A stretch of DNA of 64,000 bases, taken from NCBI GenBank assembly GCA_024704765.1, contig JAKMXF010000365.1, positions 372,001 through 436,000 on the forward strand, given 5' to 3'. The notes under the pieces were generated by a model, which was not told the DNA's origin, did no database searches, and was given only the letters and a program-made list of their open reading frames with translations. The DNA comes from Oopsacas minuta. Lineage: Eukaryota; Animalia; Porifera. The translations under genes were made by a program, and so were the position numbers. Positions 33,001-43,800 of the stretch are shown here, in pieces (the stretch's first letter is position 1; every line of letters starts with the position of its first letter).

Positions 33001-34986
33001 AATAGACTAATTCTTGAAGGAGTATTTGATGTACCCATGGTGCTATCCAGTATGATGCCTACAGGTACTGTTGATTGCGGTTACACATCCTCTTACAACT
33101 ATCTGTGGAGATTCGGTAGTGCTGAAGCTAGAGGGCTGGGTACAGTAAATTCTATACTATCCCCCACACTTGTACAACACCCCTATAGGATAATGCAAAT
33201 TAAGGATACAGCATATAGGAGAGGGAAAGATGGATTATTTGCTATTATAGAAGGTATGTACAGACGGTACAATGGATGTTAGTTGTGAGAACACCGGATA
33301 TAAGAACATACTAGTTATAAGAACATATATCGCTACTCCCAAGAGGTTCTTGTAACCGGCATCCACTCCACTGTATTAGCTGGGGATATGATATTTATTT
33401 TGATCTTAGGTTATCCAACTTCTGACGTATCTTCTGAGCTATCTCTCAGATTACCTAACATACTTCTATCAGAAATTGATGAAACATCTCGTGAGATCTC
33501 AGCTAACTATCTTAAGTATGCTATACTCAATGCTAACAAGCTTCTAGGGAAGATAGGACACTTCTCTGCGGCTTCTATAGCTATTTGTCATATATATCAG
33601 GTACGTCACGTACAGACTATTAATTATTGTTATGACCTACTTGTATATTAGATACCTGGAGGGTATATCCTGAATACAGCTAACGTAGGTCAAGTAGAAG
33701 TTGTAATATCACGACAAGGCAAGCCAATCACTCTAACACAATCTCATACAGTCAATAGGAATGCTACTGAGAGGGTGAGAGTACTGAACAGGAGAGGATT
33801 CATAACTGAAGACAAGAAAGTTTTGGGTAAGTCTGTTATATGTATCATTAATCCCATCCCAAACAATTACAGTACTAAAATTCGTATTTAATAATTCGGA
33901 AATGACATTAAAATATGGCAAAATCAATCAGCTGACTATTCTATAAAGGTTTGAGTAGTTGTGAGTAATTAGGCGGAGATACTTCACCAGATAGATAAGG
34001 ATAGCTTGTAGTGTTGACAGGTGTCATATACTTGACATATTCACCTTCATCATTACAATACACAGGGTAGCCGTTAGGATAATGTCTCAGCGTATTATAT
34101 AAGCTAGGATCCATGTACGATAGAGGGAGGCTAGTAATTGTATCCTGCTGTCTTCTTGGTTTCAAAAGTCCACTCTTTTTAGCCAATTCACGACATCCTA
34201 TAATACAACCTCCTACTATGCACGGTATAATCAGTATAAGACATGGGATTAACACGAAGGGCCATAAGTAGGTATCAAATGACATTGTTTCACATGATTG
34301 TTGTGGATCATCTTGACAGTTGTTTGTGCCTCTATTACTCCTGTGTTGTTGTTGTTCTACACAACTTGATGCTATGATAATGAAGAGTAGGAGTATGATT
34401 ACATGTCTGCTCATTTCCGTAACCCAGTGTTTATGAATTTTGTTTGTTTACTGATTTTGTCTATTGTCTTATATTATGGGCGAATTCTATACTTTCAAAA
34501 ATCTTATTCCTGCACTTATATAGGATTGTCACCCACTACCCGAGCTCTTGGTGCATTCAGTCTCTACCCTATAATCACCCCGGATCCTTATGCCAACTCC
34601 CTCAGACTATCAGCTGTAGATGAGTTCTTGATTATAGGAAGCAAGGGTTTATGGGAATTCATTAGCTATGACTTAGCTATCAAAGTAAGTTCATCATCAT
34701 GATAGGTTCTGTATACATGCATTATATATCTACTGATTAGGTTGTGAAACAATTTATCGACAAACCAACATGTGCAGCTAAGCGTCTACGAGACCTAGCT
34801 ATTGCCACAGGCTGTCAAGACAATATAGCTGTGCTAGTAGTAATCCTCTCTATTTCTTCACAAGTAGCAGGGATTGAGAAGATGGGAGCTGTATCTGGGA
34901 GTTTCTATTCAACAAACGAAGTAAGTGGATTAAGAAGATCGGGTAGAATGATTCGAAGTAAATTTGAAGGTATACAAGAATTGTAG
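30027..34986 (+). CDS. PHLPP: PH domain leucine-rich repeat protein phosphatase (RA-like, PH, LRR, PP2C), multi-exon; 3' end uncertain
   Basis: GLIRVY RA-like region, PH exon (MHRWEYRYCILCGSRLLIF), many LRR exons, and PP2C segments TTRALG, DEFLIIGSKGLWE and GCQDNIAVLVV. Confidence 0.9.
33270..33373. mobile_element. Degenerate TA-flanked MITE in a PHLPP intron
   Basis: Right end GTTCTTGTAACCGGCATCCACTCCACTG-TA (reverse complement TA-CAGTGGAGTGGATGCCGGTTACAAGAAC) versus left TA-CAATGGA...CCGGATATAAGAAC; same TA-CAGTGGA terminus type as 14982..15150. Confidence 0.5.
33941..34414 (-). CDS. Small type I membrane protein with C-terminal PPxY, nested antisense in a PHLPP intron, 157 aa
   Basis: Signal peptide MSRHVIILLLFIIIASSC, Cys-rich TM, Tyr-rich tail ending SPPNYSQLL; entirely inside intron 33827..34523. 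Confidence 0.7.
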   Translation of the reverse strand: MSRHVIILLLFIIIASSCVEQQQHRSNRGTNNCQDDPQQSCETMSFDTYLWPFVLIPCLILIIPCIVGGCIIGCRELAKKSGLLKPRRQQDTITSLPLSYMDPSLYNTLRHYPNGYPVYCNDEGEYVKYMTPVNTTSYPYLSGEVSPPNYSQLLKPL

Positions 34987-35150
34987 AACTTTGATACGAA
35001 TTGTCTTTTTATATATTCATACATTTATACTTATTTTATATCTACTTGCATGTTTTGTTGTCCTTTATGTGTAGTTTCTCCGCCGTTACATCTCGAATTT
35101 ATTTACACTTTTTATCAATTACGTATATTCTCCCACTCATCCAGTTAGAA

Positions 35151-36152
35151 ATGAAACCAACATCTACACATCGTTTTCGGGGATTAGTTTTCCTAGTCAT
35201 CAGTTTAGTCGCCTTTCTATTCATAATACATCTGTATATACGTTATCGATCTAACAGAGGTGTAGAGAAGGTATATCTTCCTGATCTGTTATCTGCAGGA
35301 ATAGATCTAGCTGAGATAGGCGGAGAAGAAGTTAGAGCTGTTCATGTAGATAAACACTTTGGTCTAAAGTCAAAAGGACAGACAGCAGAAGGAGCACAGG
35401 AGTATGTTACTCAAGCAGACAGACGTTCTCATCAGAAGATAGTAGGAGGTTTAAAACGGGTATGGCCTAACTTGAATGTCATATCAGAGGAGAGGGACAA
35501 AGTAGACTTTTCAAACGTAAAATGGCCTCGAATGGACAGAGATGAGGTGAAGAAGTTCAAAATATCTCCTGCTGAAACTGATTTTGTAAATATAACTGAT
35601 CTCACGATTTGGGTAGACCCTCTTGACGCTACACAAGAGTACACAGAAAACCTATTAGATTTTGTTACCGTAATGGTGTGTGTTGCTTATAAAGGTTATC
35701 CGCTCATAGGGATAGTACATTTACCGTTTAAAATGAAAACATACTTTGCATGGGTTGGTAATGGCTACGATCTCCCTCCATCAGATTATCAACATGAAGA
35801 TGATAAACTTAGAATTATAGTTTCTCGGTCTCATGCTGGTGATGTTGAAGCATTGGTTAAGAAGAAAATATTAGGAGATATAGAGGTTATACAGGCAGGT
35901 GGAGCTGGTTTTAAGACTCTTAAAGTATTGGAGGGTCAGGCTAATTTCTATATACACGTCACTAAGATAAAGAAATGGGATATTTGTGCTCCTAACGCTA
36001 TGCTGAATACGGTGAAAGGTAGCATGACTACATTAAAAGGAGATACCATCAATTACTCTGGAGAAGATAGCCCTGCTAATAATGATGGCTTATTCGCTAC
36101 TCTAGATAAAGAAGGAGATCCTGAATTACTTAAAGCCTTAGCATCTGGTTAG
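35151..36152 (+). CDS. BPNT2: Golgi 3',5'-bisphosphate nucleotidase (gPAPP), intronless
   Basis: N-terminal TM anchor, VTQADRRSH, ISEE, WVDPLDATQEYTE, SRSHAG, AGGAGFK and WDICAP motifs. Also known as IMPAD1. ATG at 35151. Confidence 0.95.
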   Translation: MKPTSTHRFRGLVFLVISLVAFLFIIHLYIRYRSNRGVEKVYLPDLLSAGIDLAEIGGEEVRAVHVDKHFGLKSKGQTAEGAQEYVTQADRRSHQKIVGGLKRVWPNLNVISEERDKVDFSNVKWPRMDRDEVKKFKISPAETDFVNITDLTIWVDPLDATQEYTENLLDFVTVMVCVAYKGYPLIGIVHLPFKMKTYFAWVGNGYDLPPSDYQHEDDKLRIIVSRSHAGDVEALVKKKILGDIEVIQAGGAGFKTLKVLEGQANFYIHVTKIKKWDICAPNAMLNTVKGSMTTLKGDTINYSGEDSPANNDGLFATLDKEGDPELLKALASG

Positions 36153-36255
36153 ATGTCTGTATGTATGATGTATTATCATTGAATTTAAAACTCAAATTAT
36201 TTTAATTACCGTATGACGCTCGTAAACTCTTTAAATAATTCTTTTCCAAAATAGA

Positions 36256-36816
36256 ATGGCTGCTTTAGAAGCTTCTGTTTCTGAAATTTCTAAGCCACAC
36301 GGTGGTATTCCTGAGGCTCATTTCCTTGAAGATGTGGATACATTCATGAAGAAACCTGAGAATTCATCAGCTGAGGGAGTTATTAAGCGATTAGATGAAC
36401 AGCATCAGAAGTACAAGTTCTGGGAAGTTAATCTTTTGCAAAGGAAGAAGCGACTAAGACTACAAATGCCGGATATTATTAGCACACTAGAAATGGTGCA
36501 ATTCCTCAAAACTCAAAAATCATCTTCTACCCCTCTCTCTACTCAGTTTCTTCTCAATGAGAACGTCTATGCTTCTGCTGAGATCACTCCAACACAGACA
36601 GCATATCTCTGGTTAGGTGCTAACGTTATGCTGGAATACACTATTGATGATGCTGAGAAATTGCTTAGTAAGAATCTAGAAGCAGCTCAAGAGGGCCTCA
36701 AGACTACCTCTAATGATCTAGACTTCCTAAGAGACCAATACACCACTACTGAGGTTAACATGGCACGAGTATACAACTGGGATGTACAGAGGAGGAAGAA
36801 AGAAGGGAAATCTTGA
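36256..36816 (+). CDS. VBP1: Prefoldin subunit 3, intronless
   Basis: GIPEAHFLEDVDTFM, LDEQHQKYKF, YLWLGANVMLEY and DQYTTTEVNMARVYNWDV motifs. Confidence 0.97.
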   Translation: MAALEASVSEISKPHGGIPEAHFLEDVDTFMKKPENSSAEGVIKRLDEQHQKYKFWEVNLLQRKKRLRLQMPDIISTLEMVQFLKTQKSSSTPLSTQFLLNENVYASAEITPTQTAYLWLGANVMLEYTIDDAEKLLSKNLEAAQEGLKTTSNDLDFLRDQYTTTEVNMARVYNWDVQRRKKEGKS

Positions 36817-37156
36817 TGATATATGTTATAGTACCCTCTTGTCTTAGCTTTATATTATATATGATTATTAATTCAAAGAATATGATATAGCGTTTATTAT
36901 AACTTATAAGTAATCTAGCATCTATTAGAAATAGCTGAATTATTTTCGTCATCCGCCTTAGTATACATATAATTATGTATTCGTGGACTATTATTACCCA
37001 ATAGTGCATCATATTTCGTACCTTTTATACACATTTTGATAGACAATAACGAGCTATAAACTCATAATACTGTATTATTGTTTGTTTATTCACCTAAGCT
37101 AATTACAAAAGCTCTTTTGTTTCGGGGAATTGTTGAGGAGTTGGAGATTATTTTGC

Positions 37157-37408
37157 AAATCAAAATATCAATCAGGACTCTTATAAATCAAAATATCAAT
37201 CAGGACTCTTATAAATCAAAATATCAATCAGGACTCTTATAAATCAAAATATCAATCAGGACTCTTATAAATCAAAATATCAATCAGGACTCTTATAAAT
37301 CAAAATATCAATCAGGACTCTTATAAATCAAAATATCAATCAGGACTCTTATAAATCAAAATATCAATCAGGACTCTTATAAATCAAAATATCAATCAGG
37401 ACTCTTAT
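37157..37408. repeat. Perfect minisatellite, 9 x 28 bp (AAATCAAAATATCAATCAGGACTCTTAT)
   Basis: Identical units start at 37157, 37185, 37213, 37241, 37269, 37297, 37325, 37353 and 37381; no spacers. Confidence 0.97.
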
Positions 37409-37513
37409 AAATTGATAAATTTTAAACTACGTACATTTCGTACATTTTTATTCATTTCGGCAATTTTATTGTTATTTACACTTCGGCTACTTAGCCATAG
37501 TCCTTTTGGCTGT

Positions 37514-40500
37514 ATGATGTCGGCCCCCTCACTTGATATCGTGTTCCCTTCTCCAATTGACCAGTTGTCATCTCTACTCTCTCTGTCCCAGCAGATACGT
37601 ACTGCTACAGATACTGGTGAACCCCTCTCCAAACTAGATCTCTTGTCTAAACTGGATACGATCCTCCCTTTTGAATCATTCTCACCTAGTCCAATCCCTT
37701 CTCCATACAATTACTCTACACCCAATAAGTACCATAATGATCTTATGGCCAGTGTAGATAGTGGAGTAGCTCTTACAGGTTCATTCTCTAGCCTATATGA
37801 GAGCGATGAGAGTGTAATATCTCCTCACGCCTCCAGTGGAAGGAGGGCGAACAGATCACTTAATCTCCGTCCATCCTCTGCTAAGAATCATAGAAACAAG
37901 CGTAGCTCATCTCCACAACAGCAAGATGCTCATATGTTTAACTTCCTACAAACTGTATCAACTGAGTTCTCCACTAGCTTACGAGCCTTGTTAGAGAAGA
38001 TAGACAGAGATGTTGAGAAGAAATCAAATGATCTAACCGGTAACAGTGGTAGTGACGTCACTCTACCTGAAATAGAATCTGTACAGAACAATAACGATAT
38101 AAATCAGCTGATTGAGAAGAACTCGATTCTACTGAATACTTGTAATCAATTGAAAGCTAGGGTGAAGGAGGAGAGGAGAGAGGGTAAGAATTTACGGAGA
38201 GAGAACACAAGTCTCATGTTAGAGAGGGAAGGTCTGCTGAGTAAAATGTCTGAGACAGAAAAAGAGATTATAGAAAAGCTGTCAGAACACGGAGCCCTGA
38301 TGGAATCATACTCCAATCTAGAGGAAATGCTGAAGGATAGAGAGAGAACTCAGAGAGAGACACAAGCTCGTATAACGGCTATGGGAATAGAGGTTAATAA
38401 ACTGACAAAACTACTTATTCGTGTACAGCAGGATCTGAGTAAGAGTGTACAAAGAGAAGATGAGTATCAATGCGAAAACATACACCTCCAAGAAGAGCTG
38501 GTTCTCAAAGAGAACGAAGTGAATGAACTTAAATCTGCTGTGGAGAGAGTACAGTCACACGCGCGGATTCTATCAGCTCTAGATAATAACATATCATCCT
38601 CACAGAACGCTCACAAGACAGGTTTATCTACTGATGCGATTCTACGAGACACAGCCTCTCTCTGTCAACAGTTGGACTCACTAGCCGGTTTATTTGGTAC
38701 AGGTACTTCTTATGATCTCTATCAGATCAGAGCTGGTCTATCACATGCTCTAGCTGATGGTAATATCTTACTACAGAATATTTTAGCACTTAAGAATGAG
38801 CATGAGCATTGTAAAGATGCTCTATTCGAGTTGCAACAAAATGCCAACGAGTATAAGAACATTAAATCTGATGAAAATCTAGATCTGTTAGCAAAAATAG
38901 CAGAGATGGCACCGAGATTGAAGATGGAAGCTGAACGACTAGCAGAGCAATGGGAAGAACCAATCACTCAACAAGATTACCTAATACTCTCACAGCTAAG
39001 AGAGCTATTAACTGATTATACTGGTAGAGATGTCACGAACGAATCTCTATTCAGTACTCTATCAGCTTTGCTTGCCTGTAGAGACAGGGATATGAATCAA
39101 TCAGTATGTAGTATGAACAGTGAGAGTGCTGAGCTAGAAGGGAGAATGCAAGAATCATCTCTGCTACTAAATAATATGAGTGTAGCTCTTAATGATGAGC
39201 AGATGAAGAGAAGATCTCAAGTACGAGCACTCAAGAAGAAAATACTTAGAGATACAACTTTACTGAAGAATATTCAATTAGAGCGAGACATTGCAACAAG
39301 TAAAGTACAGCTGATTAAACGCGAATTATCTCACCTCTGTGAGAATATACAATCTGGTAATATTACCGATTCATCATTTGGTATAACAGAGCCTTGTATA
39401 AAGGAGCTAGCTAAACTTATAGATGATATTGGAAACAAGAAAATTACAGCGCTAGAGGATAGCCTAAAGGCTGCTTACAATAGAGAAGAGAAAACTGTCA
39501 AGTTATTAGAGTTTAAACTATCAGAGAATGAGAAGTATTATGAACAAGTGCGACAGTTGACACTTGATAGAGTTAAGATAGAGGGAGTTAATGCAGAGCT
39601 ACAGACAGCTGTAGCGAGGATAGAAGAACAGCTGATCTCTGAGCGAGAGGATGGTGATACAAGAGAGAATCTTCTTAACACGAAACTAAGAATAGTACAG
39701 CAACATATACAGAAATATGATGACTTCATGTTTGCAGAACTTGACCAACTGTCAGTACAGGTAAAGGATGACACCAAGGAGCGAGATCTCCAGCAGAGAA
39801 GAGAGGATAGTTCTATGGATATGTTTAAGAAATTGAAGGAGGAGCTTTGTCTAAAGCAGGATGAAGCACAATTCCTAGAGAAGGAAGTTACAGTATACAA
39901 ACTGAAATTACACAATTTAGAGAATCTACACCGAGAAGAGATTGAGAAAATTAAATTATCGAATGAACCTGAAAAACCCGCTGAGAATCAGAAGGAATAT
40001 TCCAGTCAGTATCTTCCTGATCCCAGTCCTCTAACTATACCCCCTATGACGTCACTAAAGGGACAGGAACTAAGGACAGCACTAGGGGTAGCTCTCACAC
40101 AAGAACAGCTGTACGCTAAAGCTCACCTATCTCTGCAAACAGAGAGGGACAGCCTGGCTAGAGAGAATAAACAGCTGAGAGATAGGATAAATGCTCTACA
40201 CCAGTGTATGACAGATCCACGGAGACTACTAGCTACACACAGCCTCCCTCTAGTCTCCCAGGAACATGAGGTCAGTTTTGAGGAGATTAGACTACAGCAG
40301 GAGAATGAGAAGCTCTCGAACCACGTGACAGAATTGAGTACTCGTGTATCAAAGCTATCTCATTACAAGAATTTATATTTTGATTCTAAACTGAAATACA
40401 GTTCCCTACTTTGGCAGAAATCTTATCTCAAATCACAACTAAACGTATATTTCTCTAGTCTCCTCGCTTCTGGGCTCATCCTCGGAGATCTAGGAGTAGG

Positions 40501-40672
40501 ATGCGACAGATTGAAACTCAATAGAGCCTTGAGAGGATACTCTAAATTCCGATGTTACGTTTGGGTTGTTATATTCACTCACAGACTATCTCATAGCAAA
40601 TGCGAACAGCAGAGCATCCTCTATCTTAACTATACCCCTTCCTTACCTCTACAGAGCCGTCTCTACCAATAA
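37514..40672 (+). CDS. Coiled-coil centrosomal protein with C-terminal PACT domain (pericentrin/AKAP9-like), intronless
   Basis: Long heptad-rich region, then YKNLYFDSKLKYSSLLWQKSYL...YSKFRCYVWVVIFTHRL resembling PACT (AL.YQK.YL...RFR..V.VVIAI.RL). Likely ATG at 37514 or 37517. Confidence 0.75.
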   Translation: MMSAPSLDIVFPSPIDQLSSLLSLSQQIRTATDTGEPLSKLDLLSKLDTILPFESFSPSPIPSPYNYSTPNKYHNDLMASVDSGVALTGSFSSLYESDESVISPHASSGRRANRSLNLRPSSAKNHRNKRSSSPQQQDAHMFNFLQTVSTEFSTSLRALLEKIDRDVEKKSNDLTGNSGSDVTLPEIESVQNNNDINQLIEKNSILLNTCNQLKARVKEERREGKNLRRENTSLMLEREGLLSKMSETEKEIIEKLSEHGALMESYSNLEEMLKDRERTQRETQARITAMGIEVNKLTKLLIRVQQDLSKSVQREDEYQCENIHLQEELVLKENEVNELKSAVERVQSHARILSALDNNISSSQNAHKTGLSTDAILRDTASLCQQLDSLAGLFGTGTSYDLYQIRAGLSHALADGNILLQNILALKNEHEHCKDALFELQQNANEYKNIKSDENLDLLAKIAEMAPRLKMEAERLAEQWEEPITQQDYLILSQLRELLTDYTGRDVTNESLFSTLSALLACRDRDMNQSVCSMNSESAELEGRMQESSLLLNNMSVALNDEQMKRRSQVRALKKKILRDTTLLKNIQLERDIATSKVQLIKRELSHLCENIQSGNITDSSFGITEPCIKELAKLIDDIGNKKITALEDSLKAAYNREEKTVKLLEFKLSENEKYYEQVRQLTLDRVKIEGVNAELQTAVARIEEQLISEREDGDTRENLLNTKLRIVQQHIQKYDDFMFAELDQLSVQVKDDTKERDLQQRREDSSMDMFKKLKEELCLKQDEAQFLEKEVTVYKLKLHNLENLHREEIEKIKLSNEPEKPAENQKEYSSQYLPDPSPLTIPPMTSLKGQELRTALGVALTQEQLYAKAHLSLQTERDSLARENKQLRDRINALHQCMTDPRRLLATHSLPLVSQEHEVSFEEIRLQQENEKLSNHVTELSTRVSKLSHYKNLYFDSKLKYSSLLWQKSYLKSQLNVYFSSLLASGLILGDLGVGCDRLKLNRALRGYSKFRCYVWVVIFTHRLSHSKCEQQSILYLNYTPSLPLQSRLYQ

Positions 40673-40807
40673 TAAATACTAATAAGCACTTATAGCTATG
40701 TTCTATGTAGTATCACATTCTTTTGTTAATTATTTTTATTGTATATCGTTAAATAATTAATCTATTGATCTGACTATCTCTTTACTATAATTTATTTGTG
40801 AGTTAGT

Positions 40808-43800
40808 ATGTCTTATTACCAATCTGGGTATCCATCTGCACCAGCTGGGTATCAGTCACAGCAGTATAACACACAGGGGTATTACGGGGGGTCACAACAA
40901 CAGGGACAGTATGGAGGTGCTGTGAGGTATCCTCAGGTTGGATCATACCAGCAACAAGCTCCTGCATACACACCTAATCAGCAGATAAATAAGAACATCA
41001 ATGAGCCGTCTAAACAAGTGAGGAATTATTGTTATAACATGGAATGTGGTATTTATTTTTCTCTATATTGTAGCCGAGTTACCAATACCCCAACACTACA
41101 GGTTACGGCCAAGATTCCAGTACATATTTTCTCCCACAGAATCAGAAGAACTACTCACGACCTAACCAAACACCAGTACCTGCTTACTCTTACAACAACT
41201 ATGGTTATCCTACTGCTGGTACTGCTCAGACAGGATATGTGTATCCGTATACAGGTAAGCCGACCAATCAACAACAACCTCCTCTCCCAAAACAGCCATA
41301 CACTCCATCTACAAATAATACAGCTACTGATGTAACTCCACAGCAACAACAGGCCATACAGAATTGGATTGAAGAGGTAATAAATATACGTATTTACAAT
41401 ATTTATTCTGTATATTATATGTCTGTATGTAGAAACATGGTACTGGTGTAGCTAGAGGGGTGGGGAATGCTTCATTCAATCGTGTGGGAGGTAGGAGTAG
41501 ATTTGGACCAGCTGTTCCTTCTGGTACTATTTCTGGCACACAAAACAAGAGATTTAAGAGAAGTTACCCTAGAGATTCTCAGAGGTCTGCTAGCTATTTT
41601 TGTGAGACATGTAAAGTTAGCTGTGGGACATCAGATGTGAGTTATTTGTGAATTAAACAATTTTTTCAAACATGAGAGCACCATATTACCAAGTTATTTG
41701 TATTTTTAGCTCATTGCTGTTTGCACATTACCTCTCTACACAATTGATTACATTAATTGGAGGCATTACTATAAACTTTATTTAACATATCTATGTGAAA
41801 ACTTTATTATAGTAACTAATTAAGTTTCTTTCATATACCTTTACGTAATCAGTATTATCTTAAATTTCCCCCCGTCTATCTTTCCATATTACAACTACAT
41901 CATAGTGTAATCTATCACAATATTTATTACCTTAATAACGAAAACAATAATTGCACTAGTAATGCACACGTGTGCTCGTACATATGTTGAATTTGCATTA
42001 CCAATATTCAATGGGAATTTTCTGGATTTTCTTAATTATCCCTTGTTGTGAAGATTAGAATCTTCATCATATATTTTATACAGCTAATTATTTATGAAAA
42101 TACATTGCAGGCTTACAACACTCATCTGAGTGGAAAATCTCATAAAAAGAAATCCTCCAATCCAATGCCAACACTCCCCAATACTGGGAAGTTATTCAAG
42201 TGTGACGTATGTGATGTTATGTGTACAGGGAAAGATGCATTCAAGGCTCATATTGTTGGTACAAAGCACAAAAAAGTATATTTTATTCACTTTTTTTGTA
42301 CAACTTTACTATATTGTGTCATGTTTCTACAGGTAGTTAAGCTGTATGAAGTTATGGGGAAACCTATTCCAGAGATTAAGGATGCTCCAATCGGGTTTAG
42401 TGATGTTCCTGGATTAGGAGCTCATTTACAGAAGACAGGCAGACCTCTCATTAACTTTGTGAAGAGTTCTAAAGAGTTGAAAATGAAAGGAGATGGTGAA
42501 GATGAAGAAGAAACGATTGCAAATACAGAGGAGAACCTTGAAGGTATCATTAATCTATAATATACAATAAAACCTGTTTGCTGTGTTAATATATTTTATT
42601 TCTATTTAGTTACCTCGTCAGGAGTAAGTTATATTTATTTGCTTCAATTTTCTGACTGAATTATATAAATATTTGATGGTTTGCAGGGAAAGAGGAAATC
42701 TAAATCGAAGAGGAAGGGTAACAGGTCTGATAAACCGTTTGTTAAACCTCTGGTATGTATACACTAAAAATTTACAGAGAAGCTTACTAATAAATGCTTT
42801 TTCTTAGAGGATCGGTTTAGAAGGTTTTACTGATGGTTTTGGAGTTCCACTCCACACAATTAGCACTAGAGATGTGTTCGTTCCTCCCCCAAGACTTGAT
42901 CAATGGCAGCAGATGGAGAGATATTTCATTGATACATCTGTTAGTAAATATTTATGCTTGTAGTTAATTGAACTAAAGTACTGGTGTCTTATATATGCTG
43001 TATCTTAGCTAAGAAGGAACCGATTCGATGATTATTCAATTCTAGATGTACATAGAAAGATATATCCTTCTCAGAAAGAGGTACATAAATTTGTTATAAT
43101 TTGATAATTGGATACTTCATGAGATTATTTGTATAGCTGGAATCTCTTTACGGCACACTGGAAGATGTAGAGAAATCATTGAATGTCATTTCATTGAAAT
43201 TGCATCATGAACAGTAAGTTCAGTTTATTCTTAGCATCAATTTATGAATAACTTATTACCTGGTAAGTAAACAGCATTTGGCGTTTCAAAATTATACATT
43301 ATTAACCATTGATTACCATATTGTAGTTGTAGCATTACTAATGTATAGATGTAACCATTTTCAGATGTTGTTGCGTATTTTATTAAATAACTTTCGATAG
43401 AATATATTACTCTAAATGTTATCAAATTTGTATATCAGGATAGATAAGCTGAAAGAATCTCTACAGAATGCTGCGGAGGAAGAAAAGCCGATGGAAATAA
43501 AATCTGAATCCATTCCCGTAAAGAATGAGGCTGAGACCGAGCAAGCAGATATGACTATAGATGCTGAGGGGAATAATAACGGTGATTCAGTTGTAGTACA
43601 AGAAAAGGGTGAAGAGACTGATAACAAGTATGTTTATGATAATATCTTATTGTTATTTTCTTTATTAATGTATCTTATTTTAGAAATTCTGATTTTATTA
43701 CTCGAGAGCAAGAAGATTCAGTTCGTAAGTTTAATTAGCTCTTTACTAGGAATAATAACAGTGCAGTAGAATAGTTTACAGAATTACAGTAAATTTCTTA

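Noticed and set aside
37157-37408. 28-bp repeats as a CRISPR array
   Set aside because: Units are directly adjacent with no spacers, there are no cas genes, and the context is a spliced eukaryotic genome.
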